A stretch of DNA of 64,000 nt from Bacteroidaceae bacterium (GTDB lineage: Bacteria; Bacteroidota; Bacteroidia; Bacteroidales; Bacteroidaceae). The number at the start of each line of letters is the position of its first letter. Positions within the stretch are counted from its first letter, which is position 1. The position numbers and the translations under genes are program-made. The notes under the pieces were generated by a model. The model saw nothing but the letters and a program-made list of their open reading frames with translations. It had not been told where the DNA came from and did not search any database. The stretch lies in the NCBI GenBank assembly GCA_045628125.1, contig JAZQPA010000142.1, forward strand, positions 2,355 to 66,354. The letters run 5' to 3'. Below, piece by piece: positions 1 through 8,984 of the stretch.

Positions 1-1518
1 CATCCACAGTATCAGGGCATCTATGGTCATTCTATCGGTGATAGCTACCAGACCATGATGACAGAGCGTGTTGAGGTACTTCGTGGTCCTGCATCAATGC
101 TTTACGGTTCTAACGCCATGGGTGGTGTTATCAATATTGTAACCCGTGGCATGAAGGAAGATGGCGTTAAGACTCAGGTGAATCTGGGTGCCGGTTCATG
201 GGGAACCTTCCAGGCAGAAGCCAGCAATCAGGTTCGCAGCGGCAAGTTCTCTAGCACAGTTTCTGCACAGTATGCCCGTACCGACAACCATCGTCCTCAC
301 ATGGGATTTGAACAGTATGGCGGTTATGTTAAGGTGGGTTATGACTTGAATGACAATTGGAATATCTATGCTGATGCAGATTTGACTCACTTTAATGCCT
401 CCAATCCGGGAAGTGTGACTGCTCCAATGAATGAAATGGACCAGTATATTACCCGTGGTGTAGTGACTGCTGCATTGGAGAACCATTATGCCAACACCAG
501 CGGTGCTTTGAGCGTTTATGACAACTTTGGCCGTCATAAGATTAACGATGGTTTTGCTGATGGAGCAGATCCTCAGAAGCGCCTGTTCCGTTCCAAGGAT
601 GCTCTGACCGGTATTTCTTGGTATCAGAGCGTTAATCTGTTCGAAGGTAACCGTGTGACTGTGGGTTTTGATTTTCAGCATATCTTTGGTGATGCCTATT
701 ATACCTCACGCGCTACTGGCGAGGTGATGGAGACCCAGAACAAACAGAGTGCCCGCAAACACATGAATGAGGTGGCTGGTTATGTAGATTTTCGGCAGGA
801 TCTGGCTTCATGGCTGACCATTGATGCCGGTATCCGTTACGATCATCATTCTGTGGCTGGTGGCGAATGGATTCCTCAGGCAGGTCTGGTAGTTCGTCCT
901 AACAGCACAGGAGAGTTTAAGGCGATGTTGAGCAAGGGTTTCCGTAATCCTACCATGCGTGAGATGTACCTGTATCCACCTTCAAACGAGGAATTGCGTG
1001 CAGAGCGCATCATGAACTATGAGTTGTCATGGAAACAGCGTTTGGGTGCGTTCAACTATGGTATCAATCTGTTCTACCTGAAGGGTGACAACATGATTCA
1101 GACCATCAACAAGAAGAATGTGAATACCGGTGCCATTCAGAATAACGGTATTGAGGTGGAGGCCGGTTGGCGAATCAACGATAATTGGAGCGTAAATACC
1201 AACCACAGTTTGCTGCATATGCACAACAAGGTGGTTGCCGCACCAAACTATAAAGGCTATCTGGGGGCTAATTACCACAAAGGCCGCTGGAGTGTGAATG
1301 CCGGTTTGCAGCAGATTTGCGATTTGTATACTTCAGTGGGGGAGAAAGCTACAACTGAGGATTTCACTTTGTTGAATGCTACTGTAGGTTATATGGCAGC
1401 TAAGGGAGTACACTTGTATGTAAAGGGTGAAAACCTGTTAGCACAGAAGTATGAGATTAACTTAGGTTATCCTATGCCAAGGGCTACGTTTATGGGTGGA
1501 ATAAACCTGGAATTCTAA
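1..1518 (+). CDS. TonB-dependent receptor, C-terminal ~505 aa (5' end lies outside window)
   Basis: Frame 1 is open from base 1. Plug-region motif ERVEVLRGPASMLYGSNAMGGVINIVT, long alternating beta-strand pattern, and terminal ...GGINLEF aromatic residue typical of OM barrels. Confidence 0.9.
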   Translation, partial: HPQYQGIYGHSIGDSYQTMMTERVEVLRGPASMLYGSNAMGGVINIVTRGMKEDGVKTQVNLGAGSWGTFQAEASNQVRSGKFSSTVSAQYARTDNHRPHMGFEQYGGYVKVGYDLNDNWNIYADADLTHFNASNPGSVTAPMNEMDQYITRGVVTAALENHYANTSGALSVYDNFGRHKINDGFADGADPQKRLFRSKDALTGISWYQSVNLFEGNRVTVGFDFQHIFGDAYYTSRATGEVMETQNKQSARKHMNEVAGYVDFRQDLASWLTIDAGIRYDHHSVAGGEWIPQAGLVVRPNSTGEFKAMLSKGFRNPTMREMYLYPPSNEELRAERIMNYELSWKQRLGAFNYGINLFYLKGDNMIQTINKKNVNTGAIQNNGIEVEAGWRINDNWSVNTNHSLLHMHNKVVAAPNYKGYLGANYHKGRWSVNAGLQQICDLYTSVGEKATTEDFTLLNATVGYMAAKGVHLYVKGENLLAQKYEINLGYPMPRATFMGGINLEF

Positions 1519-1519
1519 A

Positions 1520-1559
1520 AATAATAAAGGGGAGGCAAAAATGCTTCCCCTTTATTATT
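1520..1559. terminator. Bidirectional hairpin terminator between convergent TBDR and porin genes
   Basis: AATAATAAAGGGGAGGC / GCTTCCCCTTTATTATT inverted repeat with a 6-nt loop, flanked by A/T runs. Confidence 0.7.
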
Positions 1560-2571
1560 AGAATGAAATCTGAGTTTGAACTTCCAGTTTATTGTATCCG
1601 TCTCCCATTTTGGGTTCACAACGGGTATACTGTAGCTGCAATCTGCAATCCCGGTAGAACCAGTATTGCAAACCTGCGATGTAATTGGTCTGCTTGAATC
1701 CTAATGTCTTGTTATAGTTCATGTAATCATAGCTGGCCACAGCATCCAACTTATTGACCAATGGGACTCTGGCTGTAGCATAGTAGCCTTCACTCTTGGC
1801 ATTACCGTCTTTACCTGTCAGATACTCTGCACGCAAGTAAAAATCTTTAGTGTTCAGCACACCACCCAGGGTCCAGCGGTTTCGGGTATAGTTGTCGCCT
1901 GCCTGTATGTCAGGATTAAATGGGGATGTGGCAATGGCATGACCTGTACCCAGCAGGAAACTGGTGACAAGGCTCAGTTCCTTAACGGGTTTTACTGTCA
2001 GCTTACCCTGAAAATCCTTCTGGTTGTTTCCATCCTTGACATTGATTCCCTGTCCGTTGAAAACACCCAGTTCATAGGTCAGGTGGTCCTTGAACAAATC
2101 ACCATACACCATGAAACCCAAGTCACGTCCAATCTGCTTTCCGTACAAGGGGTCACTGGCTGTACCTGTCAGGAAGTTGGCAGCCTGTGACAGCAATGAG
2201 ATAGACTCCAACTGAGTAGGAATGATAGGGTTCTCAATGGTAATCAGGGTCTTCATCTGACCTAAACGTGCACCAAACGCCTTGCTGAAACGGTAGTCGG
2301 TATAATACTCTTGCCATTTTCCACTCACAGGCTCGTGCATCAGCAGGAAAGACCATTTGTCTGTTACTCGCGCTCTAGCCAACAAAATAACTCGTTTCAT
2401 CTCGAAAGAGTTATTAGGCTTACTGTTATCCTGATAGGTGTATCCACCTTGTGCGAATCCATGCACTTCAATTCTGTCTTTCAACGCGCCCAGCAGGTTG
2501 TTATCCTGTGACTGGGCGTTGCAGTTGATAGACAGTGCTAATGTAGTTAATAAAGTTGTAAAATATTTCAT
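1558..2571 (-). CDS. Outer-membrane porin (phosphate-selective porin O/P-like)
   Basis: Signal peptide MKYFTTLLTTLALSINCNAQ, beta-strand-rich sequence, C-terminal ...QTQISF. Its start overlaps the stop of the upstream dipeptidase gene (TAATG). Confidence 0.6.
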   Translation of the reverse strand: MKYFTTLLTTLALSINCNAQSQDNNLLGALKDRIEVHGFAQGGYTYQDNSKPNNSFEMKRVILLARARVTDKWSFLLMHEPVSGKWQEYYTDYRFSKAFGARLGQMKTLITIENPIIPTQLESISLLSQAANFLTGTASDPLYGKQIGRDLGFMVYGDLFKDHLTYELGVFNGQGINVKDGNNQKDFQGKLTVKPVKELSLVTSFLLGTGHAIATSPFNPDIQAGDNYTRNRWTLGGVLNTKDFYLRAEYLTGKDGNAKSEGYYATARVPLVNKLDAVASYDYMNYNKTLGFKQTNYIAGLQYWFYRDCRLQLQYTRCEPKMGDGYNKLEVQTQISF

Positions 2572-4199
2572 TAGAATCCAAAACGGTTATCATTCCAGAA
2601 CTTGCGGGTCATTTCATCCCAACGCAAGATGGTTGCACCTGCAAAGTCTGCAGTATATTCAGTCAGGTAGCTGCGTGCTGCATCCACTCCCTGCTTGTCA
2701 ACCAACAGTTTGTACTGCTGCTCAACGAATGGCAGTTCGGTCTGTCCCTTCTGAATGAAGTGATCGTAATTCTTCTCCATATCCTTACGAGCTACTCCCC
2801 AACGTACGGTAGACAACTTGTTAGCCTGACGGTAGTGCCACAAAGCGGCATCGTCACGATAACGGTGGTTACCACAAATCTTGAAGCTTACAGGCAGGTC
2901 GGTAGTTCCGCAGAAGATAGGAATACGTGGGCTCTGACCAGGGTTATCCATGCAGAACCAAACCACACCACCGATATCATTAGGCAACCAGCTGCGCAAC
3001 TGGATAACGGTAGAATAAGCACACTGAGGAACAGCAATCAGACGGTTGTTCTGAATAGCATCCTTATCAGCAGCGATAGCCTTCAGCATAGCCACCTCGT
3101 CAGAACGCATCCATGGGTTAGCTGCTGGGCTCTTAACCAACTTGGTCTCACCTGTAGCACGATCTGTCTGCTCTACCATCAGCGCCTTGGTGTTGTCGAA
3201 CTCAGTACCCTCATAAGTCTGCTTCAGGTAGTTGATGACATCGGTAGCAGCCAACTTCTTCTCTGGCTTTACGCTGAATGGCAACTCCTCGCTGTCCATG
3301 TTAAGGTTCAAGCTTGGAGCCAGGGTAGACAGGATGAAGAACTCGCGAACACTGAATGCCTTGTACTTGCCGTTACGGCCAGGACCACCATAAGCCTTGT
3401 AGAACTTGAAGGTCTCCTTGCCATCCCAGTAACCCAACTTCTTAGCCACGTCAAATACGTTGTCGCTGGCCATATAGTGATCTGGGTCCTTCAGGTTCAA
3501 GGTGCTGATACGAGGGATATTGGCACTTACACCAACCTCATCATCAGGGATACGAACTGCAGCCCAAACACCACCAATCTTATCTGGACCTTCACCGAAT
3601 ACCTCGAAATGCCATACTTCCTGAGGGTCAGCAATAGTCAGACACTCACCGCTATCGGCATAACCATATTCCTTGATCAACTGACCCATCAGCTTGATTG
3701 CCTCGCGTGCAGTGGTGCAACGCTGCAGAGCTACACGCTCCAACTCCTCAATCATGAACATACCCTTCTTGTTCACCAGGTCGCGACGACCGCTGATAGT
3801 GGTCTCACCAATACCCAGCTGCTTCTCATTCAAGCAAGGGTAGCTGGTATCCAGGAACTGATAGGTGTGCTTTGCCTGAGGAATGGTACCCTTCTCAATC
3901 ATACCTGTCTGGTCGGTTGAAAACTCGGTATGCATACGGCCATCATAAATGCTCATGATGGTGTCGTTTGGATAGTCAGCTGCAGGAACAACATTAACCC
4001 ATGTACGGTACCAGCTGTCACAAGTGTGGCTGGTGATAACAGATCCGTCAACAGTAGCTTTCTTACCCACCATGATACTGGTGCAGCTGAATGGATCCTT
4101 CTCTGGCGCTTTTGTCTGAGCCATGGCATTGCATGCCAAAACTAAACCCAGAACTACAAATACTCTCTTCATTTTTTTTCTCGTTTTTTTTAGAATCAA
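2571..4199 (-). CDS. Peptidase family C69 dipeptidase (secreted)
   Basis: Signal peptide followed by ...FSCTSIMVGKKATVDGSVITSHTCD, the N-terminal nucleophile Cys context of C69 dipeptidases; 542 aa. An alternative start at M10 (4172) gives MKRVFVVLGLVLACNAMAQ. Confidence 0.85.
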   Translation of the reverse strand: MILKKTRKKMKRVFVVLGLVLACNAMAQTKAPEKDPFSCTSIMVGKKATVDGSVITSHTCDSWYRTWVNVVPAADYPNDTIMSIYDGRMHTEFSTDQTGMIEKGTIPQAKHTYQFLDTSYPCLNEKQLGIGETTISGRRDLVNKKGMFMIEELERVALQRCTTAREAIKLMGQLIKEYGYADSGECLTIADPQEVWHFEVFGEGPDKIGGVWAAVRIPDDEVGVSANIPRISTLNLKDPDHYMASDNVFDVAKKLGYWDGKETFKFYKAYGGPGRNGKYKAFSVREFFILSTLAPSLNLNMDSEELPFSVKPEKKLAATDVINYLKQTYEGTEFDNTKALMVEQTDRATGETKLVKSPAANPWMRSDEVAMLKAIAADKDAIQNNRLIAVPQCAYSTVIQLRSWLPNDIGGVVWFCMDNPGQSPRIPIFCGTTDLPVSFKICGNHRYRDDAALWHYRQANKLSTVRWGVARKDMEKNYDHFIQKGQTELPFVEQQYKLLVDKQGVDAARSYLTEYTADFAGATILRWDEMTRKFWNDNRFGF

Positions 4200-4207
4200 A
4201 AGTGGTG

Positions 4208-4215
4208 CAAAATTA
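4208..4215 (-). promoter_or_regulatory. Bacteroidetes -7 box (TAATTTTG) for the dipeptidase-porin operon
   Basis: The reverse complement of caaaatta matches the TAnnTTTG consensus, just upstream of the 4199 start. Confidence 0.5.
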
Positions 4216-4237
4216 CGAAATTCCGGTCAATTTTTGT

Positions 4238-4245
4238 TAATTTTG
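4238..4245 (+). promoter_or_regulatory. Bacteroidetes -7 box (TAATTTTG) for the alpha/beta hydrolase gene
   Basis: TAATTTTG lies 21 nt upstream of the ATG at 4266. It is divergent from the 4208 box. Confidence 0.5.
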
Positions 4246-4265
4246 CAAGAATAAATTCACAAATC

Positions 4266-5210
4266 ATGAAACGTAAGATTATCGTCATAAGTTCTGTAGC
4301 TATTTTGCTGATTGTGGCTTTGTTTGGTGCCAGTAATTTTATGCTGGAATATTCTCTTCGTCCTGGTGCCGATATTCCTTTTTCTCGTGAATCGGCATGG
4401 AAGGGAATGTTTGCTAATTATCCGGATATGGAATCGTGGCGGGATAGCCTGATGAATATCGGTGCTCTGCATGACACGACCATTGTTCGGGAGGATGGTG
4501 TGCAGCTTCATGCGTATTATGTATATGCCAATCAGCCAACTACAAAGACTGCCGTGGTGGTGCATGGTTATACCGATTGTGCCATTCGCATGTTCCATAT
4601 CGGACGAATGTATAGTCGTGATTTGGGATACAATATCCTGTTGCCTGATTTGTACTACCATGGCGACAGTCAGGGAAAAGCCATTCAGATGGGATGGAAG
4701 GACCGTTTGGATGTGATGCGATGGATGAAAATTGCAGCAGAGATTTTCAATACGAAGAGTATGGTGGTACATGGCATTTCCATGGGAGCGGCTACTACCA
4801 TGATGGTAAGTGGAGAGGAACAGCCGGATTACGTGAAAGCCTTTGTTGATGACTGTGGCTACACCAGTGTTTGGGATGAATTCAAGGGAGAACTGAAGAA
4901 CCAGTTCGGTTTGCCGTCTTTCCCCTTGTTGTATACGGCCAGTTGGCTGTGTAAGATCCGTTTCGGATGGGGGTTCCAGGAAGCTTCCGCATTGAATCAG
5001 GTGAAAAAATGCAAGCACCCCATGCTGTTCATTCATGGCGATTCGGACGATTATGTGCCTACGGCCATGGTCTATCCGCTATATGAGGCTGCAACTTGCC
5101 CCAAGGAATTGTGGCTAACTGAAGGTGTAGCACATGCCTTATCATATAGAACCTATCCAAAAGAATACACTGAAAAGGTTCGTAACTTCTTAAAACCTTA
5201 CATGAATTAA
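4266..5210 (+). CDS. Membrane-anchored alpha/beta hydrolase (S9/S33-like serine hydrolase)
   Basis: N-terminal TM helix, nucleophile elbow VVHGISMGAATT (GxSxG), and C-terminal HGDSDDYVP...H pattern. Confidence 0.8.
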   Translation: MKRKIIVISSVAILLIVALFGASNFMLEYSLRPGADIPFSRESAWKGMFANYPDMESWRDSLMNIGALHDTTIVREDGVQLHAYYVYANQPTTKTAVVVHGYTDCAIRMFHIGRMYSRDLGYNILLPDLYYHGDSQGKAIQMGWKDRLDVMRWMKIAAEIFNTKSMVVHGISMGAATTMMVSGEEQPDYVKAFVDDCGYTSVWDEFKGELKNQFGLPSFPLLYTASWLCKIRFGWGFQEASALNQVKKCKHPMLFIHGDSDDYVPTAMVYPLYEAATCPKELWLTEGVAHALSYRTYPKEYTEKVRNFLKPYMN

Positions 5211-5211
5211 T

Positions 5212-5886
5212 ATGAGCAAACTGATACATAGTTACAAGATTGACAATGGACTATCCGGAAAACAGTACAGAAGCTATTCCTATAGCTTATACCATCGTCC
5301 GTTTTACAGTTTAAAAAGTAAGTATTACCTGGATGTGGCGGTTGATGAGGACGGCGAGCGTAAGCAGATGGTTTCGGATGTGAAAGTCCAGTCATGCAGC
5401 ATCGATGATCTGTTTGGCCGCATCTGTTTCAAGCCATTTTTGATGATTCAGAAAGAGCTGAATGCAGAGAGGTTGAAAGAACTTACTGAAAACGAGCAGT
5501 TGTCCGGCTATTTTGCCTGGGACACCACGGTCTATATGGATCAGAGCTATTTTGTGCCCGAAACAGAGGATTATCGCTTTATTGTCAGTGCATGGCATCT
5601 GAATCATGTGGCTGCCTGTCGCCGTTTCCTGATTCATTTGTGTGGGAGTGAGATAGAATCCAAATTGCCGTCATCCTCCAATCAGTCGCTGGTGTGGGTG
5701 GTTACTCCAAACGAGGCTTCTTTGCATGAGTTTGACAGCCGGTCTCATAAGGTAGGAGAGGCTTTTTATCAGCATCCTCATCCCATGGATTTGTTGCTGC
5801 TGATGTCTGCCGGTAATGTGTTCAGGCATTTTTATGACTGGTATGCTATTCTCACCCAATTGGAGGGGAAGAGAGTGGCGCGATAA
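5212..5886 (+). CDS. Hypothetical protein (224 aa), no recognisable motif
   Basis: Long ORF starting 1 nt after the hydrolase stop (TAA-T-ATG), followed by a terminator hairpin. Confidence 0.55.
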   Translation: MSKLIHSYKIDNGLSGKQYRSYSYSLYHRPFYSLKSKYYLDVAVDEDGERKQMVSDVKVQSCSIDDLFGRICFKPFLMIQKELNAERLKELTENEQLSGYFAWDTTVYMDQSYFVPETEDYRFIVSAWHLNHVAACRRFLIHLCGSEIESKLPSSSNQSLVWVVTPNEASLHEFDSRSHKVGEAFYQHPHPMDLLLLMSAGNVFRHFYDWYAILTQLEGKRVAR

Positions 5887-5900
5887 GACAAGAAAAAAAT

Positions 5901-5936
5901 AAAAGTCAGTCCTCGTTATGATGACTGGCTTTTTTG
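5901..5936 (+). terminator. Rho-independent terminator
   Basis: AAAAGTCAGTC...GACTGGCTTTTTT hairpin followed by a T-run. Confidence 0.65.
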
Positions 5937-5974
5937 TTGGATGTGGTATCTTAGGTTGTGTGATATTGCATAAA

Positions 5975-6005
5975 CGAAAAAAGACTTGAGAAAAATCTCA
6001 AGTCT
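5975..6005 (-). terminator. Terminator of the tRNA-Tyr/tRNA-Gly unit
   Basis: AGACTTGAG-aaaaat-CTCAAGTCT hairpin followed, on the minus strand, by a T-run. It lies 6 nt past the tRNA-Gly 3' end. Confidence 0.65.
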
Positions 6006-6010
6006 CGTAG

Positions 6011-6083
6011 AGCGGAAGACGGGGCTCAAACCCGCGACCCTCAGCTTGGAAGGCTAATGCTCTATCAACTGAGCTACTTCCGC
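6011..6083 (-). tRNA. tRNA-Gly (anticodon TCC)
   Basis: Reverse complement folds as GCGGAAG-TA-GCTC..GAGC-A-TTAGC-CTTCCAA-GCTGA-GGGTC-GCGGG-TTTGAGC-CCCGT-CTTCCGC-T. No encoded CCA. Confidence 0.9.
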
Positions 6084-6093
6084 AACTTTAGAG

Positions 6094-6176
6094 TGGGTAG
6101 TGATGGATTCGAACCACCGAAGGCGAAAGCCAGCAGATTTACAGTCTGCCCCATTTGGCCACTCTGGTAACTACCC
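6094..6176 (-). tRNA. tRNA-Tyr (anticodon GTA), long variable arm
   Basis: Reverse complement is GGGTAGT...GCAGA-CTGTAAA-TCTGC-long variable arm-GGTGG-TTCGAAT-CCATC-ACTACCC-A. Confidence 0.9.
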
Positions 6177-6214
6177 TTTAGCTTTCAAGAAAACTTATTT
6201 CCTGATTGCGAGTG

Positions 6215-6222
6215 CAAAGGTA
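6215..6222 (-). promoter_or_regulatory. -7 box (TACCTTTG) for the tRNA-Tyr/Gly unit
   Basis: TAnnTTTG match 39 nt upstream of the tRNA-Tyr 5' end. The identical TACCTTTG box sits upstream of tRNA-Ser at 21041. Confidence 0.5.
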
Positions 6223-6254
6223 GCGCTTTTTTCCGAACTGACAAACTTTTCCGC

Positions 6255-6749
6255 TTATTTTTTCAACTGGCGGGCGAAATCTATCATCTTAATAGCGCAT
6301 ACTGCACACTCATCACCCTTGTTCCCCAACTTGCCACCACAACGGTCTTCTGCCTGCTGCATGTCGTTTGTGGTAATCAAGCCATAGATGACTGGAATAT
6401 CGCCGGTGGTGTTCAACTGTGCCAATCCTTGAGTGGTACCCATACACACATAATCAAAATGTGGGGTGTCTCCACGAACGACACAGCCTAATGCGATAAC
6501 AGCATCCACTTTTCCGCTTTTCATCATCTGCTGGCTTCCGAAAGTCAGCTCAAAGCTGCCTGGAACCATCTGAACAAGAATGTTTTCATCCTTTACGCCA
6601 TGGCGCTTCAGAGTGTCCTGAGCGCCACGGAGTAAATTAAAGGTGATATTGCTGTTCCACTCGCTGCATACGATGCCAAAACGCATGTCGCTGGCGTCTG
6701 GAACGGCATTAAAATCGTAATCGGATAGGTTATGGTATTTGGTTGCCAT
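6255..6749 (-). CDS. ribH: 6,7-dimethyl-8-ribityllumazine synthase
   Basis: 164 aa; [15 protein letters not shown]...VPGSFELTF...[19 protein letters not shown] is the typical lumazine synthase pattern. Confidence 0.9.
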   Translation of the reverse strand: MATKYHNLSDYDFNAVPDASDMRFGIVCSEWNSNITFNLLRGAQDTLKRHGVKDENILVQMVPGSFELTFGSQQMMKSGKVDAVIALGCVVRGDTPHFDYVCMGTTQGLAQLNTTGDIPVIYGLITTNDMQQAEDRCGGKLGNKGDECAVCAIKMIDFARQLKK

Positions 6750-7411
6750 TACTTAACGCGCTCGATATATTTGTCAATTTCCTGATAGTACATTGAATTG
6801 ATGTACTTCTCCTTAACTTCCTGATACAACTTCAGTGCGTCAGCCTTTTTGCCCTGGCTCTCCAGCAACAAACCAGCCTCGATCAGGTAGTGAGGACTGA
6901 TGCTGTTATTGCTAGCCATCTTAGCTGCTTTCTTGAAAGTATCAATAGCCTTGTCAATCTGACCAATGTTTGCATAGCACTCACCCAGCATACCCTTAAC
7001 AGCTGGAGTAATCATCTGGTCACCCTTGTCAAAGCCCTCAATCAGAGGAATAGCCTCCTGGAACTTGCCCAACTTTACGTAAGCCTGAGCTGCACGAACC
7101 TTAGCCAGATCAGCCTGATCAGTACCGCTATACTGGTCAATCAGCTTAATCAGACCTGCGCTGATGCTGTCGCCATTCAAAGCCTGCTCATCCATGTCAT
7201 TGTCAACCATCTCCCAAGCCTTTGCAAATGCTGCAGATGCCTCATCCTCCTTCTCGTTGGTGTACTTGTTATAGTAGATTACACCTACAACGATCAGTAC
7301 GATTGCTGCAATTGCACCCAACAGGTGCCACTTGTACTTGGTTACAAAATCTTCTGAGCGGCTGATTACCTCTTCAATCTCAGAACCCTGATTGTTCATC
7401 ATTTCTGCCAT
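6749..7411 (-). CDS. TPR-repeat membrane-anchored protein (YfgM-like)
   Basis: One N-terminal TM helix followed by Ala/Lys-rich TPR-like helices. Its stop overlaps the ribH start (TAATG). Confidence 0.7.
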   Translation of the reverse strand: MAEMMNNQGSEIEEVISRSEDFVTKYKWHLLGAIAAIVLIVVGVIYYNKYTNEKEDEASAAFAKAWEMVDNDMDEQALNGDSISAGLIKLIDQYSGTDQADLAKVRAAQAYVKLGKFQEAIPLIEGFDKGDQMITPAVKGMLGECYANIGQIDKAIDTFKKAAKMASNNSISPHYLIEAGLLLESQGKKADALKLYQEVKEKYINSMYYQEIDKYIERVK

Positions 7412-7462
7412 TTTCTATCTTCTTTTTTTATTATTTTCAATCGTTTCTGCACAAAATGCGGA

Positions 7463-7470
7463 CAAAATTA
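7463..7470 (-). promoter_or_regulatory. -7 box (TAATTTTG) for the TPR-ribH operon
   Basis: TAnnTTTG match in the divergent intergenic region. Confidence 0.45.
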
Positions 7471-7573
7471 CTGCTTTTCTGCCAATTCACGAAATTTATT
7501 ATCTCTTTTTTGCCTTTCACATGGGTTTAAATTGATATTACAGGATTTTGTTGGTTATATTCGGCCGTTTTCT

Positions 7574-7581
7574 TAAATTTG
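7574..7581 (+). promoter_or_regulatory. -7 box (TAAATTTG) for recF
   Basis: TAnnTTTG match ending 9 nt before the recF ATG, implying a near-leaderless transcript. Confidence 0.5.
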
Positions 7582-7590
7582 CAGTGAGTT

Positions 7591-8694
7591 ATGATACTTG
7601 ACAAATTATCCATACTGAATTATAAGAACATTGCTGAGGCTGAGTTGTCTTTCTCGCCAAAGGTCAATTGTTTCATCGGGCATAATGGTGAGGGAAAAAC
7701 CAATTTGCTGGATGCTATTTTCTTTTTGTCTTTCTGTAAAAGTTCTGTTAATCCTGTGGATTCGCAATGTATCCAGCATGATAAGGATTTTTTTGTGATA
7801 CAGGGTAATTACCAGATGGATGGGGGAGAAGTGGAGAACCTGTATTGTGGATTAAAAAGAGGACGTAAAAAATCTTTTAAGAGAAACAAAAAGGAGTATC
7901 AGCGTCTATCAGATCATATCGGACTTATTCCGCTGGTATTGGTCTCTCCTTCTGACTCTGACCTGATTTCTGGTGGAAGCGAGGACCGTCGTCGGTTTAT
8001 GGACTTGGTCATCTCACAATATAATAAGGAGTATATGGCTTGCCTGATGAGGTATCAGCAGGCATTGCAGCAGCGTAATACATTGCTGAAAATGGAAGAA
8101 GAACCGGATGGCGATGTGTTGGCTTTATGGGAGGAGATGATGGCGCAGACCGGTGAGGTAATCTACCGGTGCAGACGTGATTTCATAAAGGAATTTACTC
8201 CAATATTCCAGTCTTATTATCAGGAAATTGCACAGAATAAAGAACAGGTATCATTATGCTATGTATCTCATGGTGATAGAGGTCCGTTGCTTCCTACCAT
8301 ACAGAACGGCAGAGCCAAAGACCGTATCATGGGATACTCGCTGCATGGAGTGCACAAAGATGATCTGGAAATGAAACTGGGCGAATTTCCCATAAAGAGA
8401 GAGGGTTCCCAGGGGCAGAACAAGACATTCCTGATAGCCCTGAAACTGGCTCAGTTCAGTTTCCTGAAAAGGGCATCGCAAAAGGAAACTCCTCTGTTGC
8501 TGTTGGACGATATATTCGATAAACTGGATTCTTCCCGTGTGGAGCAGATTGTAAGGCTTGTTGCGGGTAATAATTTCGGACAGATTTTTATAACGGATAC
8601 CAATAGGGATCATCTGGATCATATCTTGTCTCAGATGGGACAGGATTATACCTTATTTGAAGTAGAGAACGGTTTAATGCGCCAACGTTTATGA
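7591..8694 (+). CDS. recF: DNA replication and repair protein RecF
   Basis: Walker A GHNGEGKTNLLDA, an SMC-like signature region, and LLLDDIFDKLD (Walker B). Confidence 0.9.
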   Translation: MILDKLSILNYKNIAEAELSFSPKVNCFIGHNGEGKTNLLDAIFFLSFCKSSVNPVDSQCIQHDKDFFVIQGNYQMDGGEVENLYCGLKRGRKKSFKRNKKEYQRLSDHIGLIPLVLVSPSDSDLISGGSEDRRRFMDLVISQYNKEYMACLMRYQQALQQRNTLLKMEEEPDGDVLALWEEMMAQTGEVIYRCRRDFIKEFTPIFQSYYQEIAQNKEQVSLCYVSHGDRGPLLPTIQNGRAKDRIMGYSLHGVHKDDLEMKLGEFPIKREGSQGQNKTFLIALKLAQFSFLKRASQKETPLLLLDDIFDKLDSSRVEQIVRLVAGNNFGQIFITDTNRDHLDHILSQMGQDYTLFEVENGLMRQRL

Positions 8695-8981
8695 AACGCA
8701 GAAATTCAGAATCAATCGGTGAGGTTCTTCGCCAGTATTTGCGCCAGGAAGGACTGGAAACTCCGCTGAATCAGCATCGTATCATTGATAAATGGTATGA
8801 GCTGATGGGTAGTGGTATTGCTGCGTATACGGGAGAAATCTTTATCCGTAATCAGTGCCTATATATTCAAATAAAATCTCCCGCGCTCCGTGATAATTTA
8901 ATGATGGAGCGCGAGAGATTAGTTAAGCGACTGAACGAAGCTGTAGGTTCACAGGTCATTACACGTGTAATGTTCCGCTGA
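8691..8981 (+). CDS. DUF721-like small protein that typically follows recF
   Basis: 96 aa with an ATGA overlap on the recF stop. Conserved recF-downstream position in Bacteroidetes. Confidence 0.7.
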   Translation: MKRRNSESIGEVLRQYLRQEGLETPLNQHRIIDKWYELMGSGIAAYTGEIFIRNQCLYIQIKSPALRDNLMMERERLVKRLNEAVGSQVITRVMFR

Positions 8982-8984
8982 TTT

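Noticed and set aside
2760-3920. 386-aa plus-strand ORF
   Set aside because: It is entirely antisense to the well-supported C69 dipeptidase gene. Its composition is low-complexity and Leu/Val/Thr-rich, typical of a shadow frame, and it has no motif.
4257-5036. 259-aa minus-strand ORF
   Set aside because: It is antisense to the alpha/beta hydrolase gene, which has a GxSxG motif and a promoter. It is a shadow ORF.
6100-6387. 95-aa plus-strand ORF
   Set aside because: It spans the tRNA-Tyr gene and the antisense strand of ribH.
6750-7590. Possible FMN riboswitch upstream of ribH
   Set aside because: ribH is directly coupled (TAATG) to the upstream TPR gene. The 179-nt intergenic region contains only promoter boxes, and no FMN-element-like conserved helices were recognised.
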